From: a virus
Taxonomy: Duplodnaviria; Caudoviricetes
Direction: 5' to 3' (one strand)
Virus record (IMG/VR): IMGVR_UViG_3300032303_001877
Coordinates: 1-26,014 of that record
DNA length: 26,014 nt
A model generated the notes under the pieces. The model was not told where the DNA came from. It searched no databases and saw only the letters and a program-made list of their open reading frames with translations. The position numbers and the translations under genes were made by a program. This document shows, one piece after another, positions 1 to 9,386 of the stretch (position 1 is the first letter of the stretch; every line of letters begins with the position of its first letter).

Positions 1-342
1 ATCGGCGATCGAGGTACTAGTGGAAAAGATTTTAATAATAATATTATGCCAGCTGAAGAAAATACAGAAGCTGATATAGATGCCGACCTAGTACCTGGAA
101 AATTTTATGTAATGAGCAGTCCAAGTGGCACGGCCGGCGAATCACCCGACAACCCACCAGGAGGCTTTAACTCATCCGAAGAAGCCGAACAAGCAAAATA
201 TGAAATATTCCAAGGAAGTCCTGACGAAATGATAAATGGAATTCCAGTGATGCAATGGAATGGTAAACAATTTGTTCCACCGGCTGGAACTAGATCCCCA
301 GAAATGGAAAGCATCTTGAAGCTAGCAGGTTTGGCAAAATAA
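1..342 (+). CDS. 3' end of a hypothetical acidic phage protein (5'-truncated by window edge)
   Basis: The frame is open from position 1 through the ATG at 46 to TAA at 340-342. The protein is acidic and ends EMESILKLAGLAK. Confidence 0.7.
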   Translation: MGDRGTSGKDFNNNIMPAEENTEADIDADLVPGKFYVMSSPSGTAGESPDNPPGGFNSSEEAEQAKYEIFQGSPDEMINGIPVMQWNGKQFVPPAGTRSPEMESILKLAGLAK

Positions 343-366
343 ATCATATTATTGTAGCCTTTTAGG

Positions 367-395
367 TTGCAAACATAAATAAAACTGTGCATACT
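367..395 (+). promoter_or_regulatory. sigma70-like promoter for the SSB operon, with an embedded late-like CATAAATA
   Basis: TTGCAA(367-372)-17bp-CATACT(390-395); CATAAATA at 374-381 lies in the spacer. Confidence 0.55.
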
Positions 396-420
396 TAACA
401 CATGCACAGTTTTTCTTTTT
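381..420 (+). terminator. Intrinsic terminator-like hairpin
   Basis: Perfect 12-bp stem AAAACTGTGCAT(381-392)/ATGCACAGTTTT(402-413) with a 9-nt loop, followed by a T-rich run. Confidence 0.65.
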
Positions 421-474
421 AGTCAGTGGGCTTTAAAGAAGAGGCATAATAAATCAACATTAAGGAAAAACATT

Positions 475-1467
475 ATGGCAACGTTAGCAGAAATTCGCGC
501 AAAACTTCAAGCATCATCTCAACAAAACACCGGTAGCGCAGGCGGTGGGGACAACGCAATTTACCCTCACTGGAACATGCCAGAAGGTTCGACTACAACA
601 GTTCGCTTCCTTCCAGACGCAGATCCAAATAATACTTTTTTCTGGATTGAACGTGCAATGATCAAATTGCCATTCGCCGGTGTTAAAGGTGAAACTAATT
701 CCAAGCCTGTGACTGTGCAAGTCCCATGTATGGAGATGTGGGGTGAAACCTGTCCAGTTCTAACTGAAGTTCGCCCATGGTTCAAAGACAAGTCTTTGGA
801 AGATATGGGTCGTAAATACTGGAAAAAGAAATCTTATATTTTCCAAGGGTTTGTTGGTGACAGCAAACTACAGGAAGATAAAACTCCCGAGAATCCAATT
901 CGTCGATTCATCATCGGTTCACAGATTTTTAACATTGTTAAGAACGCATTGATGGACAGTGAAATTGAAGAATTGCCAACAGACTACGTTCGTGGCTTGG
1001 ATTTCAAGATTGCTAAAACTAGTAAAGGTGGTTATGCTGACTACTCTACTAGTACTTGGGCTCGTCGTGAACGTGCTTTGAGCGAAGCAGAAAATGCGGC
1101 TATTCAGCAATATGGTCTCCATGACCTAAAGAGCTTCTTGCCTAAAAAGCCAGGCGAAGTTGAACTCAAAGTTATCAAAGAAATGTTTGAGGCATCAGTT
1201 GATGGCGTCGCATTTGATATGGATCGTTGGGGTCAATACTTCAAACCAGCAGGCTATGGTGGTAGTGGTTCTGCAACCGGTACACCTGCTCCAGCGGCAG
1301 CACCAAAGGCATCTGCTCCAGTAGATGAAGATGACATCCCTTTTGAACCTGCGGTAGCAACACCCGCTAAAGCTGTTGCGGCAGAAACATCTGCTCCAGC
1401 AACTGGTGACGCAGGATCACGTGCCGCAGACATTATTGCGATGATTCGTAATCGTAATAAAGCATAA
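475..1467 (+). CDS. T4 gp32-like single-stranded DNA-binding protein
   Basis: N-terminal LAEIRAKL, VRFLP, C-x8-CP metal-site region, KxSKGGYADYSTS and a low-complexity A/P/acidic tail. It has an AAGGA RBS and sits directly upstream of UvsX. Confidence 0.85.
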   Translation: MATLAEIRAKLQASSQQNTGSAGGGDNAIYPHWNMPEGSTTTVRFLPDADPNNTFFWIERAMIKLPFAGVKGETNSKPVTVQVPCMEMWGETCPVLTEVRPWFKDKSLEDMGRKYWKKKSYIFQGFVGDSKLQEDKTPENPIRRFIIGSQIFNIVKNALMDSEIEELPTDYVRGLDFKIAKTSKGGYADYSTSTWARRERALSEAENAAIQQYGLHDLKSFLPKKPGEVELKVIKEMFEASVDGVAFDMDRWGQYFKPAGYGGSGSATGTPAPAAAPKASAPVDEDDIPFEPAVATPAKAVAAETSAPATGDAGSRAADIIAMIRNRNKA

Positions 1468-1477
1468 GGAGTAACGC

Positions 1478-2536
1478 ATGGGAAAAGCCTTTGATATTTC
1501 AAAGTTTCGTAAATCTATCACTAAGTCTATTGACGGCTTGGGTATTGGATTTAACGATCCTACAGATTGGATTTCAACAGGTAACTATGCCCTAAATTAT
1601 CTTATCAGTGGCGACTTCTTTAAAGGAGTTCCACTTGGTAAGGTAACTGTGTTTGCTGGCGAATCCGGAGCAGGTAAAAGTTATATCTGCTCCGGAAACA
1701 TTATTAAGGCGGCACAGGAACAAGGCATTTATGTTATCTTAGTTGACAGCGAAAACGCTCTTGACGAGAAGTGGTTACACGATTTAGGTGTAGATACAAG
1801 TGAAGATAAACTTCTAAAACTTAACATGGCAATGATTGACGATGTGGCAAAAACCATTAGTGAGTTCATGAAAGAGTACAAAATTCTACCGGATACTGAA
1901 CGTCCTAAAGTATTATTTGTAATCGATTCACTTGGTATGTTGTTAACTCCAACTGACGTTAATCAGTTCGAAGCAGGGGAGATGAAGGGCGACATGGGTC
2001 GTAAGCCTAAAGCACTTACATCACTTGTTCGTAATTGTGTTAATATGTTTGGCTCGTGGAATGTTGGATTAGTAGCTACTAATCATACATACGCAAGCCA
2101 GGACATGTTTGATCCAGATGACAAAATTAGTGGCGGACAAGGTTTCATTTATGCATCATCTATTGTAGTTGCTATGCGTAAATTAAAACTAAAAACCGAT
2201 GCTGATGGCAATAAGACTACAACTGTAAACGGTATCCGTTCAGCCTGTAAGATTATGAAAACTCGTTATGCCAAGCCATTTGAATCGGTTCAAGTCGAAA
2301 TCCCATATTCAACAGGTATGAGTCCGTTCAGCGGATTAGTTGATCTGTTTGAAGCTAAAGGTACGTTGAAGAAAGAAGGCAACAGCCTTGTCTACACTAC
2401 CAAAGACGGAGAAGTTATCAAACAATTCCGTAAGGCTTGGGAAAAGAATGAAAAAGATGGCCTAACTACGATGATGGCCGAATGGGATGACTCAACACCC
2501 ACAACACCTGTAACTACAGAAGCTGAGGAAGAATAA
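1478..2536 (+). CDS. uvsX: RecA/UvsX-like recombinase
   Basis: Walker A GESGAGKS, DSENALD, Walker B VIDSLG, NHTY and SGGQG motifs; GGAG RBS. Confidence 0.93.
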   Translation: MGKAFDISKFRKSITKSIDGLGIGFNDPTDWISTGNYALNYLISGDFFKGVPLGKVTVFAGESGAGKSYICSGNIIKAAQEQGIYVILVDSENALDEKWLHDLGVDTSEDKLLKLNMAMIDDVAKTISEFMKEYKILPDTERPKVLFVIDSLGMLLTPTDVNQFEAGEMKGDMGRKPKALTSLVRNCVNMFGSWNVGLVATNHTYASQDMFDPDDKISGGQGFIYASSIVVAMRKLKLKTDADGNKTTTVNGIRSACKIMKTRYAKPFESVQVEIPYSTGMSPFSGLVDLFEAKGTLKKEGNSLVYTTKDGEVIKQFRKAWEKNEKDGLTTMMAEWDDSTPTTPVTTEAEEE

Positions 2537-2787
2537 TGGAAGAAGATCTAATCATTGAAGTATGGGACATATTTCGAGAATATGTTTCTGATAAAAATAA
2601 AGAAACTGCCGCCAATCACTATGTTGATTTTCTTGTCGGTAAAGATGTTGAACTATCAGTACTCGAAGGATTGATGGGATATGATCCTCATCTTGATAAT
2701 GCAATCCAACTAGTTGTTGACGAAAATAAAGACGACAGCGACGATATTGACGAAGAAGATTACGATTACGGTGAAGACGAGGACTGA
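2536..2787 (+). CDS. Small acidic hypothetical protein
   Basis: TAATG coupling to uvsX; very acidic C-terminus. Confidence 0.8.
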   Translation: MEEDLIIEVWDIFREYVSDKNKETAANHYVDFLVGKDVELSVLEGLMGYDPHLDNAIQLVVDENKDDSDDIDEEDYDYGEDED

Positions 2788-2789
2788 TT

Positions 2790-3245
2790 ATGTCCTGGTA
2801 CGCTAAAGTCAGTAGAGACATAGCGCATCTCCCAAGTTGTTTAGATCACTTCTACAACGAAATCGAAGAAGCAAGAAAAGAGGTCAAGATCCACGGTAAC
2901 GTGGAGAAGGCCTCTGCTTCTTTACCGGGTATTGTTGAACAACGATTTAATCAACTTCAAGAGATTGAAGCTATTCTAGAATATCTCAACATTGAACTGA
3001 GACGTATTCGTTCGAAAGCATTTAAAAAATATTTAGAAAACTATCAACGTGCTCTAAGTAGTAGAGATTGCGAAAAATACGTCGAAGGCGAAGCAGATGT
3101 AGTTGATATGGAAAAAATTATCAACGAATTTGCCATGTTACGTAACCAGTGGCTAGGAATCATAAAAGGACTAGACATTAAACAGTGGCAGTTAAGCAAT
3201 ATTATCAAACTCCGCGCCGCCGGCCTTGAAGATATTACTTTATAA
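2790..3245 (+). CDS. uvsY: UvsY-like recombination mediator
   Basis: About 150 aa, helical, with KKYLENYQRALSSRDCEKYVEGE and KGLDIKQWQLSNIIKLRAAG. Located between UvsX and UvsW. Confidence 0.75.
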   Translation: MSWYAKVSRDIAHLPSCLDHFYNEIEEARKEVKIHGNVEKASASLPGIVEQRFNQLQEIEAILEYLNIELRRIRSKAFKKYLENYQRALSSRDCEKYVEGEADVVDMEKIINEFAMLRNQWLGIIKGLDIKQWQLSNIIKLRAAGLEDITL

Positions 3246-3249
3246 TTTG

Positions 3250-3280
3250 ATAGGTAAGGATTTGCGTTCTTACCTATTTT
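3250..3280 (+). terminator. Intrinsic terminator after uvsY, overlapping the next promoter
   Basis: Stem ATAGGTAAG(3250-3258)/CTTACCTAT(3269-3277) followed by TTT. Confidence 0.65.
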
Positions 3281-3290
3281 ATGTTATACT
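3262..3290 (+). promoter_or_regulatory. sigma70-like promoter (extended -10), probably giving a leaderless mRNA
   Basis: TTGCGT-17bp-TATACT with TGn before the -10; the ATG is 5 nt downstream and has no SD. Confidence 0.6.
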
Positions 3291-3295
3291 AAATC

Positions 3296-4480
3296 ATGAA
3301 CATAGAAGACCTAATTGTTGCTATTGCCTTCACTCATACGATAAAAACTAATCAATGGGACACAACCCTCGTTTATAGTTTTGCAGATCAGATTGGGAGA
3401 GGTGTCGGGTTCACTGAAAAACAAGGCACAGTAGCATTGCGGATCATAAAAACTTATTCAACTCAACTTAGTATCGCGTTAAATCTAGATATCCAAAATA
3501 TTCTAAAAAATCCCACCTATCGATACCCTTTTAGACAAATTAACAATACTAAAAAAATCTCTATACAAAAAAATACAGTGTTCGGTCAAGTGATTAAGGT
3601 AGAATTCCCCTACAATGAGTCCTATGTTAACACAATTAAGAAAAATAGAGACAGGTTAGAATACGCACAATGGAATCCAGAAGAAAAAGCATGGATTTTT
3701 GCACTAACTGAAAGCTCTATACAAATTTTGTCTGATTTATTTGGCAAAGAATATTTTGAATTCGACGAAGTGTTCCAACTTTACCAAGAACAGGCAAATG
3801 TAATTCAAGAACACATGGAAGAATTTGTTCCCATGCTAAGTTTAGAAGACGGAAATCCGGTTTTTAAGAATATACCCAAAAATTTGCCAGAATTAGAAAC
3901 AACCGATATCATGCAGGCACTATTCGAGGCACGAAGAAAAGGGGTCACTGCATGGTCCGATGAAATTTTTAATAAATTTGACAGCATTGGTATCACTCCA
4001 ATTGTTAAAACTTTTTTAAATTCTGATCCGGGTGAGCATTTTCACATCAACAGTGCAAATGATCCAATTTCTTGCCTTCTACCCTTCATAAAAAACATGA
4101 GTCCAACATTGTTCATTATACCGGGTGGCACTGAATTTGCCAAACTCAACTCTGCCTACAATTTTTTAAAGTCAGCAGGCTTTGAAAACAAAGACATGTC
4201 TGTGATGTTTAGATTAGACTCAAAAATTGACCAAAATTTCAATAATTTTGTCAAAGAAAATGAGTTAAATTCTCCTATAGGAGAAAAAACCAAGATTGTT
4301 TTTATCAGTAGCAAAATGCCTAAGCCTGTGTTAAAATCTAATATCAAATTTCATTCTGTAATTAACATGGGGTATGATGCAGTACATTACTCCATTAGAG
4401 ATTTCATGAAAAATCATGAAAATTTGATTGTTTACTCAGAAAAAACATCACAAAAGGAATTCAATTTTGTCATCGTGTAA
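3296..4480 (+). CDS. Hypothetical protein with a possible HARP-like segment
   Basis: 394-aa ORF. EFPYNESYVNTIK...AQWNPEEKAWIF resembles the FPY...W(D/N)PxxKxW pattern of HARP-like helicase accessory domains. Confidence 0.7.
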   Translation: MNIEDLIVAIAFTHTIKTNQWDTTLVYSFADQIGRGVGFTEKQGTVALRIIKTYSTQLSIALNLDIQNILKNPTYRYPFRQINNTKKISIQKNTVFGQVIKVEFPYNESYVNTIKKNRDRLEYAQWNPEEKAWIFALTESSIQILSDLFGKEYFEFDEVFQLYQEQANVIQEHMEEFVPMLSLEDGNPVFKNIPKNLPELETTDIMQALFEARRKGVTAWSDEIFNKFDSIGITPIVKTFLNSDPGEHFHINSANDPISCLLPFIKNMSPTLFIIPGGTEFAKLNSAYNFLKSAGFENKDMSVMFRLDSKIDQNFNNFVKENELNSPIGEKTKIVFISSKMPKPVLKSNIKFHSVINMGYDAVHYSIRDFMKNHENLIVYSEKTSQKEFNFVIV

Positions 4481-5930
4481 AATTATTATCAAAGACGAAG
4501 TCAACATTAAGATTGAAAATTTAGATCTCGATGCACGTAAGGCTTTGGTTAAAAAATTCAAGTACGAAGACCCTACTGCCAGGTATCGGCCGGCCTATAA
4601 ATTAGGTCGATGGGACGGCACAGTGAGTTTTTTTGGACTTGGTGGCACAACCTATCTTTCAATGCTGCCTCAGGTATTAGAATATCTTGAAGGTAGAAAT
4701 TATTATATCGAACTTGAAGATTATCGTCGTCCTGTGGCTTTAGATTTTCCTGAAATTTCTGAGGATTTTTGGGGTGAAAAATGCTGGCCTGAAGGACATC
4801 GGTTTGCTGGACACCCTATTAGACTCCGCGAAGATCAAGTTGAAGTTATTAATAAATTTTTAGCAAACCCCCAGTGCATTCAAGAAATTGCCACAGGTTT
4901 TGGCAAAACAATTACTACCGCAACTTTGGCAAAAATCTGTGAAAAATATGGTCGTACAATTACCATTGTTCCTAACAAGAGTTTAGTCGAACAAACTGAA
5001 GAAGACTTCCTTAACTGTGGATTAGATGTAGGTGTTTACTACGGTGATAGGAAAAATCTTGACAAGACACATACTATTTGTACTTGGCAAAGTTTAAATA
5101 TTTTAGACAAAGGTTCCAAGGAATTCGACGGCGAAGAACAACTAGCTCGTTTAACAGAATTGTTAGACGGCGTTAGTTGTGTTATGGTTGATGAGGTACA
5201 TATGGCCAAGGCAGATGTACTAAAAACATTGTTGACACGCAATCTTGCCAATGCTCCTATTCGTTGGGGATTAACTGGAACAGTGCCAAAAGCAGATCAC
5301 GAATTTCAGAGTATTCGTGCTAGCTTAGGTGAAGTTGTTAATCAAGTTAAGGCACATACATTACAAGAAGCAGGTGTATTAAGCGGATGTCACGTTAACA
5401 TTGTACAAACTGCTGAATGGAAAGAGTTTGGAGGCTATGCTGAAGAATTAAAGTACCTTGTTACTAATCAAGATAGAATGACTTATCTTGCTTCACTGAT
5501 TAATAGTATTGCTGATTCAGGTAACACATTAGTATTGGTAGACAGAATCGAAAGCGGCGAATTCTTAACAAAGAACTTAACTGACTGTGTATTCATTTCC
5601 GGTAAAGTAAAAACTAAAGATAGAAAAGAAGAATATGATGAAATTAAAACAGCTGATAACAAGATTATTGTGGCGACTTATGGTGTGGCCGCTGTGGGTA
5701 TTAATATCCCTCGTATTTTTAATCTGGTTCTTTTGGAACCCGGAAAGAGCTTTGTCCGAGTTATACAAAGTATTGGGCGAGGTTTTAGAAAAGCTGACGA
5801 CAAAGACTTCGTTCAAATCTGGGACTTCACAGCAAGTACAAAATACGCAAAACGTCATTTGACAGAGCGTAAGAAATTTTATAAAGAGGCTAAGTACCCC
5901 TTTACAATAGAAAAGGTAAAATATCAATAA
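4467..5930 (+). CDS. uvsW: UvsW-like SF2 DNA helicase
   Basis: WDG motif, Walker A ATGFGKT, DEVH, GLTGT and QSIGRGFR. Start revised to TTG 4467 because AAGGA lies at 4454-4458 (ORF track start is 4428). Confidence 0.92.
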   Translation: MSSCKIIIKDEVNIKIENLDLDARKALVKKFKYEDPTARYRPAYKLGRWDGTVSFFGLGGTTYLSMLPQVLEYLEGRNYYIELEDYRRPVALDFPEISEDFWGEKCWPEGHRFAGHPIRLREDQVEVINKFLANPQCIQEIATGFGKTITTATLAKICEKYGRTITIVPNKSLVEQTEEDFLNCGLDVGVYYGDRKNLDKTHTICTWQSLNILDKGSKEFDGEEQLARLTELLDGVSCVMVDEVHMAKADVLKTLLTRNLANAPIRWGLTGTVPKADHEFQSIRASLGEVVNQVKAHTLQEAGVLSGCHVNIVQTAEWKEFGGYAEELKYLVTNQDRMTYLASLINSIADSGNTLVLVDRIESGEFLTKNLTDCVFISGKVKTKDRKEEYDEIKTADNKIIVATYGVAAVGINIPRIFNLVLLEPGKSFVRVIQSIGRGFRKADDKDFVQIWDFTASTKYAKRHLTERKKFYKEAKYPFTIEKVKYQ

Positions 5931-6433
5931 TGCAAATTTTAACACTAGAGGATAAAGTATTTTATCTCAACGACTTACCAGAAGACATAGATGATGATCT
6001 AAGATTTTCTGTACTAGATAACAGTGATAGTTCTAACCCGGATTATTTCTTTGTTCCGCTGATCTTTTTAGAAAGTTTTACCGGACCAGCAGCCGCATTA
6101 AAAATTGGACAACACGAAATTGTTATGCCGCTTGACTGGTGTACTATTGTTGGAGATCCAGAAGGCCCAGATATGGAAATTCTACCACTGACAAGTTTAA
6201 ATGATCGAGGATTTAAAACATTCTGCTTTAATCCATTAAGTAGTTTCCGTCCAGAATTTTTAGAAATTGACATTATTGATATCTATCAAGATGTTAAATG
6301 GTACTTTCCTAAAATGCGACCAGGACAACTGTTATGTACTCCGTTAGAAGCTGTGCCTAAACCACGCTGTGCATACTTTGTCAAAGAAGTTAGCCGCCAA
6401 AGTGAGTTAGTTGATTATACAAAATGTTGGTAA
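5930..6433 (+). CDS. Hypothetical protein, possibly an inactive Hint-fold domain
   Basis: TAATG coupling to uvsW; the beta-strand pattern parallels Hint blocks (see findings). Confidence 0.75.
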   Translation: MQILTLEDKVFYLNDLPEDIDDDLRFSVLDNSDSSNPDYFFVPLIFLESFTGPAAALKIGQHEIVMPLDWCTIVGDPEGPDMEILPLTSLNDRGFKTFCFNPLSSFRPEFLEIDIIDIYQDVKWYFPKMRPGQLLCTPLEAVPKPRCAYFVKEVSRQSELVDYTKCW

Positions 6434-6437
6434 TGCT

Positions 6438-6710
6438 ATGTTAAAACCAGATACAAAATACATATATGAACACGCCGATGGTGTAACTTATGCTAGGGAA
6501 TTCGGTGCAGATCCTAGTACTAGACAAGTAGTTGGTATGACTGTAAAAAAGAAATCACTGCATGATGATATGATGAACTCACAACTTTGGGGTAATATTC
6601 ATCGTGCTGCAAAAGACAATCCCGCCTTGCAAAAAACATTAGAACAATGTATACTGTTATATAAACTTACAGAACATTACGAAAAAAGATATGGCAACCG
6701 CAAAACTTGA
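6438..6710 (+). CDS. Hypothetical phage protein
   Basis: ATG 6438 (MLKPDTKYIYEHADGVTYAREFG) directly follows the upstream stop and fits operon packing. Confidence 0.7.
   Translation: MLKPDTKYIYEHADGVTYAREFGADPSTRQVVGMTVKKKSLHDDMMNSQLWGNIHRAAKDNPALQKTLEQCILLYKLTEHYEKRYGNRKT
6627..6655 (+). promoter_or_regulatory. Internal sigma70-like promoter
   Basis: TTGCAA-17bp-TATACT, 35 nt upstream of the ATG at 6691. Confidence 0.45.
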
Positions 6711-7158
6711 TATTCAGCGTGAACTTAGAGCAGTAGATCAAAAGAACTATGACTTCTATGCCAACCTAACCGATGATGAACGTAAAGCATTTAGTCCTTA
6801 CATCCTAATGCGATACACTGCCAGTGTTCAGATGCCTGATCGAGATATCCAGGAATGGTATCTAGAGACAACCAATGAAATGGTTAATAAAAATCACTGG
6901 GACCTCAGTAAAAATCACAAAGAACTACTGTGGAAACTCTTTGCCGCAACTGGCACAGGCGTTAACTGTTATCATCCTTATCTTGCCGCAGGTAAGAAAG
7001 AAAAAGCCAACAAGATTGAAAAACTTTTAGTTGAACTCTATCCGGCAATGAAAATGGCCGAAATTAAAATGTTAGCTAAGATGATGGATAAAACTGATAT
7101 CAAAGAACTTTTTGATAAAATGGGATTTGATAAGAAACAACGGAAAGAATACGAATGA
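6691..7158 (+). CDS. Probable clamp-loader small subunit (T4 gp62-like)
   Basis: FSPYILMRY...NEMVN pattern and size resemble gp62-family proteins; replication context. Confidence 0.5.
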   Translation: MATAKLDIQRELRAVDQKNYDFYANLTDDERKAFSPYILMRYTASVQMPDRDIQEWYLETTNEMVNKNHWDLSKNHKELLWKLFAATGTGVNCYHPYLAAGKKEKANKIEKLLVELYPAMKMAEIKMLAKMMDKTDIKELFDKMGFDKKQRKEYE

Positions 7159-7559
7159 TTGATTGTTTAATTATCGGCGACAGCATTGCAGTTGGAACAA
7201 AAATGTTTCGTCCTGACTGTGTTGATTATGCCAAAAGTGGAATCACTAGTATTGGCTGGAATAAACAATACGGCAAAAATGATCTAACTGCTAATACAGT
7301 TATCATCAGTTTAGGAACCAATGACTGGGTCAAGGCAGACACCTATGGTATGTTAATGAACATCCGTACTAAGATCAAAGGCAACCCGAGAGTATTTTGG
7401 ATTGAACCAAATCGAGAATCAAAGTTTGAAGCAGTACAACATGTTCGTAGAGTTGCAGAGCAATTTGGTGACACAGTGTTGCCTACTACTCATTGGCAAA
7501 AAGATAAGATCCATCCTAGTTGGGCAGGGTATAAAGAAATTGCTGAAAGAACAAAGTGA
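7155..7559 (+). CDS. SGNH/GDSL-family hydrolase
   Basis: Block I GDSI, block III GTND and block V DxIHP. Confidence 0.85.
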   Translation: MIDCLIIGDSIAVGTKMFRPDCVDYAKSGITSIGWNKQYGKNDLTANTVIISLGTNDWVKADTYGMLMNIRTKIKGNPRVFWIEPNRESKFEAVQHVRRVAEQFGDTVLPTTHWQKDKIHPSWAGYKEIAERTK

Positions 7560-8255
7560 ATGATAGCACTAGTAGATCAACCTTATAAGTGTGTGCATTG
7601 CAAGAAGAGTTTCATGCAGGAACGTACTCTTGTATCGCACATGTGCGAAAGAAAAAGGCGTGCTCTACAAAAAGATGAGAAGCGTGTTCAAGCAGGCTTT
7701 ATGGCCTTTAATCGCTTTTGGCAATTAACGCAAAATGCCAAAGTTCTCAAGACCTATGACAACTTTGCCGACAGCAGTTACTACAATGCCTTTGTAAAGT
7801 TTGGTAGTTTTGTTAATAATGTTAGCCCGCTGTATCCCGACAAGTTCATCGACTATGTTATTAAGAGCGGTGTTAAATTAGATTTCTGGTGTAGAGATGA
7901 ATTGTACGAAAAATATCTATATGATATTCTTAAAACAGAACCAGTTGAATCCGCAGTTCAGCGTACATTGAAAACTATGATGGAATGGGGTGAAGAACAT
8001 AATGCAGATTTTGCACATTACTTTGCCTATGCCAGCCTTAACAAAGCAGTACACGATATTAGAAACGGGCATATCAGTGCTTGGGTAATTCTAAACAGTA
8101 GCACCGGACAGACTATGCTACGGAGCATGAGCGACGAACAGCTAGAGATGATATCTCTGGCACTTGATATTCCTTATTGGATACGTAAGTTCAAAGAAGT
8201 CCCTGCAGATGTTGTATTAGTAAAAGAGATATGCCAAGAGGCGGGCATCAAATAA
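7560..8255 (+). CDS. Hypothetical protein with an N-terminal C2H2/C2HC-type zinc finger
   Basis: YKCVHCKKSFMQERTLVSHMC. Confidence 0.7.
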   Translation: MIALVDQPYKCVHCKKSFMQERTLVSHMCERKRRALQKDEKRVQAGFMAFNRFWQLTQNAKVLKTYDNFADSSYYNAFVKFGSFVNNVSPLYPDKFIDYVIKSGVKLDFWCRDELYEKYLYDILKTEPVESAVQRTLKTMMEWGEEHNADFAHYFAYASLNKAVHDIRNGHISAWVILNSSTGQTMLRSMSDEQLEMISLALDIPYWIRKFKEVPADVVLVKEICQEAGIK

Positions 8256-8257
8256 GT

Positions 8258-8638
8258 ATGGAAAATATAAAAAGTTTTTGTGAGCAACATCAAATCCGAG
8301 TGATTGATACAAATAAACGAGCACATCGTTATCGTAGGATCAATATGTCCTACTTTAGGGATCCTACGGATTTTAATAAAGTATCACTTGTTGATATTGT
8401 AAATGACACAGAACCATTGTATACTGTAGAGATAGCTGAAAGTGAATTAGAAAAAATTGCAGACTTTGAATCCGAAGTTTTTAATAATATGAAGAAGCAA
8501 GGCCATTACAGAATGTTTGAAATGATTATGGAACAAAAAGAACGAGAGAAATATTTGTCTAACAAATATCCTGCTGTTAAAAAAGCCTACGAACATTATA
8601 GCCTAATGCTAAAACTGGCTGAAAGTGGAGAACTATGA
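8258..8638 (+). CDS. Hypothetical phage protein
   Basis: ATG 8258 lies just after the upstream stop; ATGA coupling to the next gene. Confidence 0.7.
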   Translation: MENIKSFCEQHQIRVIDTNKRAHRYRRINMSYFRDPTDFNKVSLVDIVNDTEPLYTVEIAESELEKIADFESEVFNNMKKQGHYRMFEMIMEQKEREKYLSNKYPAVKKAYEHYSLMLKLAESGEL

Positions 8639-8991
8639 GATTAGATGGATTTGTAAAAAAAGGTTGGGGGCATGAATTTATTTTCGCCACCAATGACAAG
8701 TACTGCGGAAAACTTTTAAAGTTTAATACCGGTGCAAAATTTAGTATGCATTTCCATAGTGTAAAAGATGAAACATGGTATGTACTCGATGGCAAGTTTA
8801 AAGTCATTGTAATCAATACCGAAAATGCTAGCCAGACAGAATATGAATTAGTCGGAGGAATGACTTGGCATAATCCTCCATTATTACCTCATCAAGTTAT
8901 CTGCTTAGAGGAAGGTACTATTATCGAAGTTAGTACACCCGATTCAGTTGAAGACAATTACCGTGTAGGCAAAGGTGACAGTCAAAAATGA
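8635..8991 (+). CDS. Cupin-fold protein (mannose-6-phosphate isomerase/sugar isomerase-like)
   Basis: KGWGHE, SMHFHxxKDETWYVLxG, PxxPHQ and EVST motifs. Confidence 0.8.
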   Translation: MRLDGFVKKGWGHEFIFATNDKYCGKLLKFNTGAKFSMHFHSVKDETWYVLDGKFKVIVINTENASQTEYELVGGMTWHNPPLLPHQVICLEEGTIIEVSTPDSVEDNYRVGKGDSQK

Positions 8992-9386
8992 GCAGAATAG
9001 TTGTAAATGGAACATTCGATATTCTTCATCGTGGTCATATTGAGATGTTAGAATATGCAAGAAGCCTAGGAGAATATTTGTTAGTATGCATTGATACTGA
9101 CAGTAGAGTACAGCAACTTAAAGGTCCGAATCGTCCCATCAATAATCAAACTGATAGAGCATTTATGCTTCAAGGATTAAAATGCGTAGATGCAGTATGG
9201 ACCTTTGCTGACGAGGCAGAACTAGAATATATTTTAAAAACATATCAACCAGACATTATGGTTAAAGGCAGTGATTATGAACATAAGCACATTGTAGGCG
9301 AACATCTTTGCAGAGAAATAAAATTTTATGAACTTGTCCCAGGATACTCAACAACAAACATTATTCAACGTATTACTGATCGGTGA
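8988..9386 (+). CDS. HldE/RfaE domain II-like sugar-1-phosphate nucleotidyltransferase (HldC-type)
   Basis: NGTFDILHRGH (HxGH), KGPNRPIN, KGSDY and GYSTTNII motifs. Confidence 0.88.
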   Translation: MSRIVVNGTFDILHRGHIEMLEYARSLGEYLLVCIDTDSRVQQLKGPNRPINNQTDRAFMLQGLKCVDAVWTFADEAELEYILKTYQPDIMVKGSDYEHKHIVGEHLCREIKFYELVPGYSTTNIIQRITDR

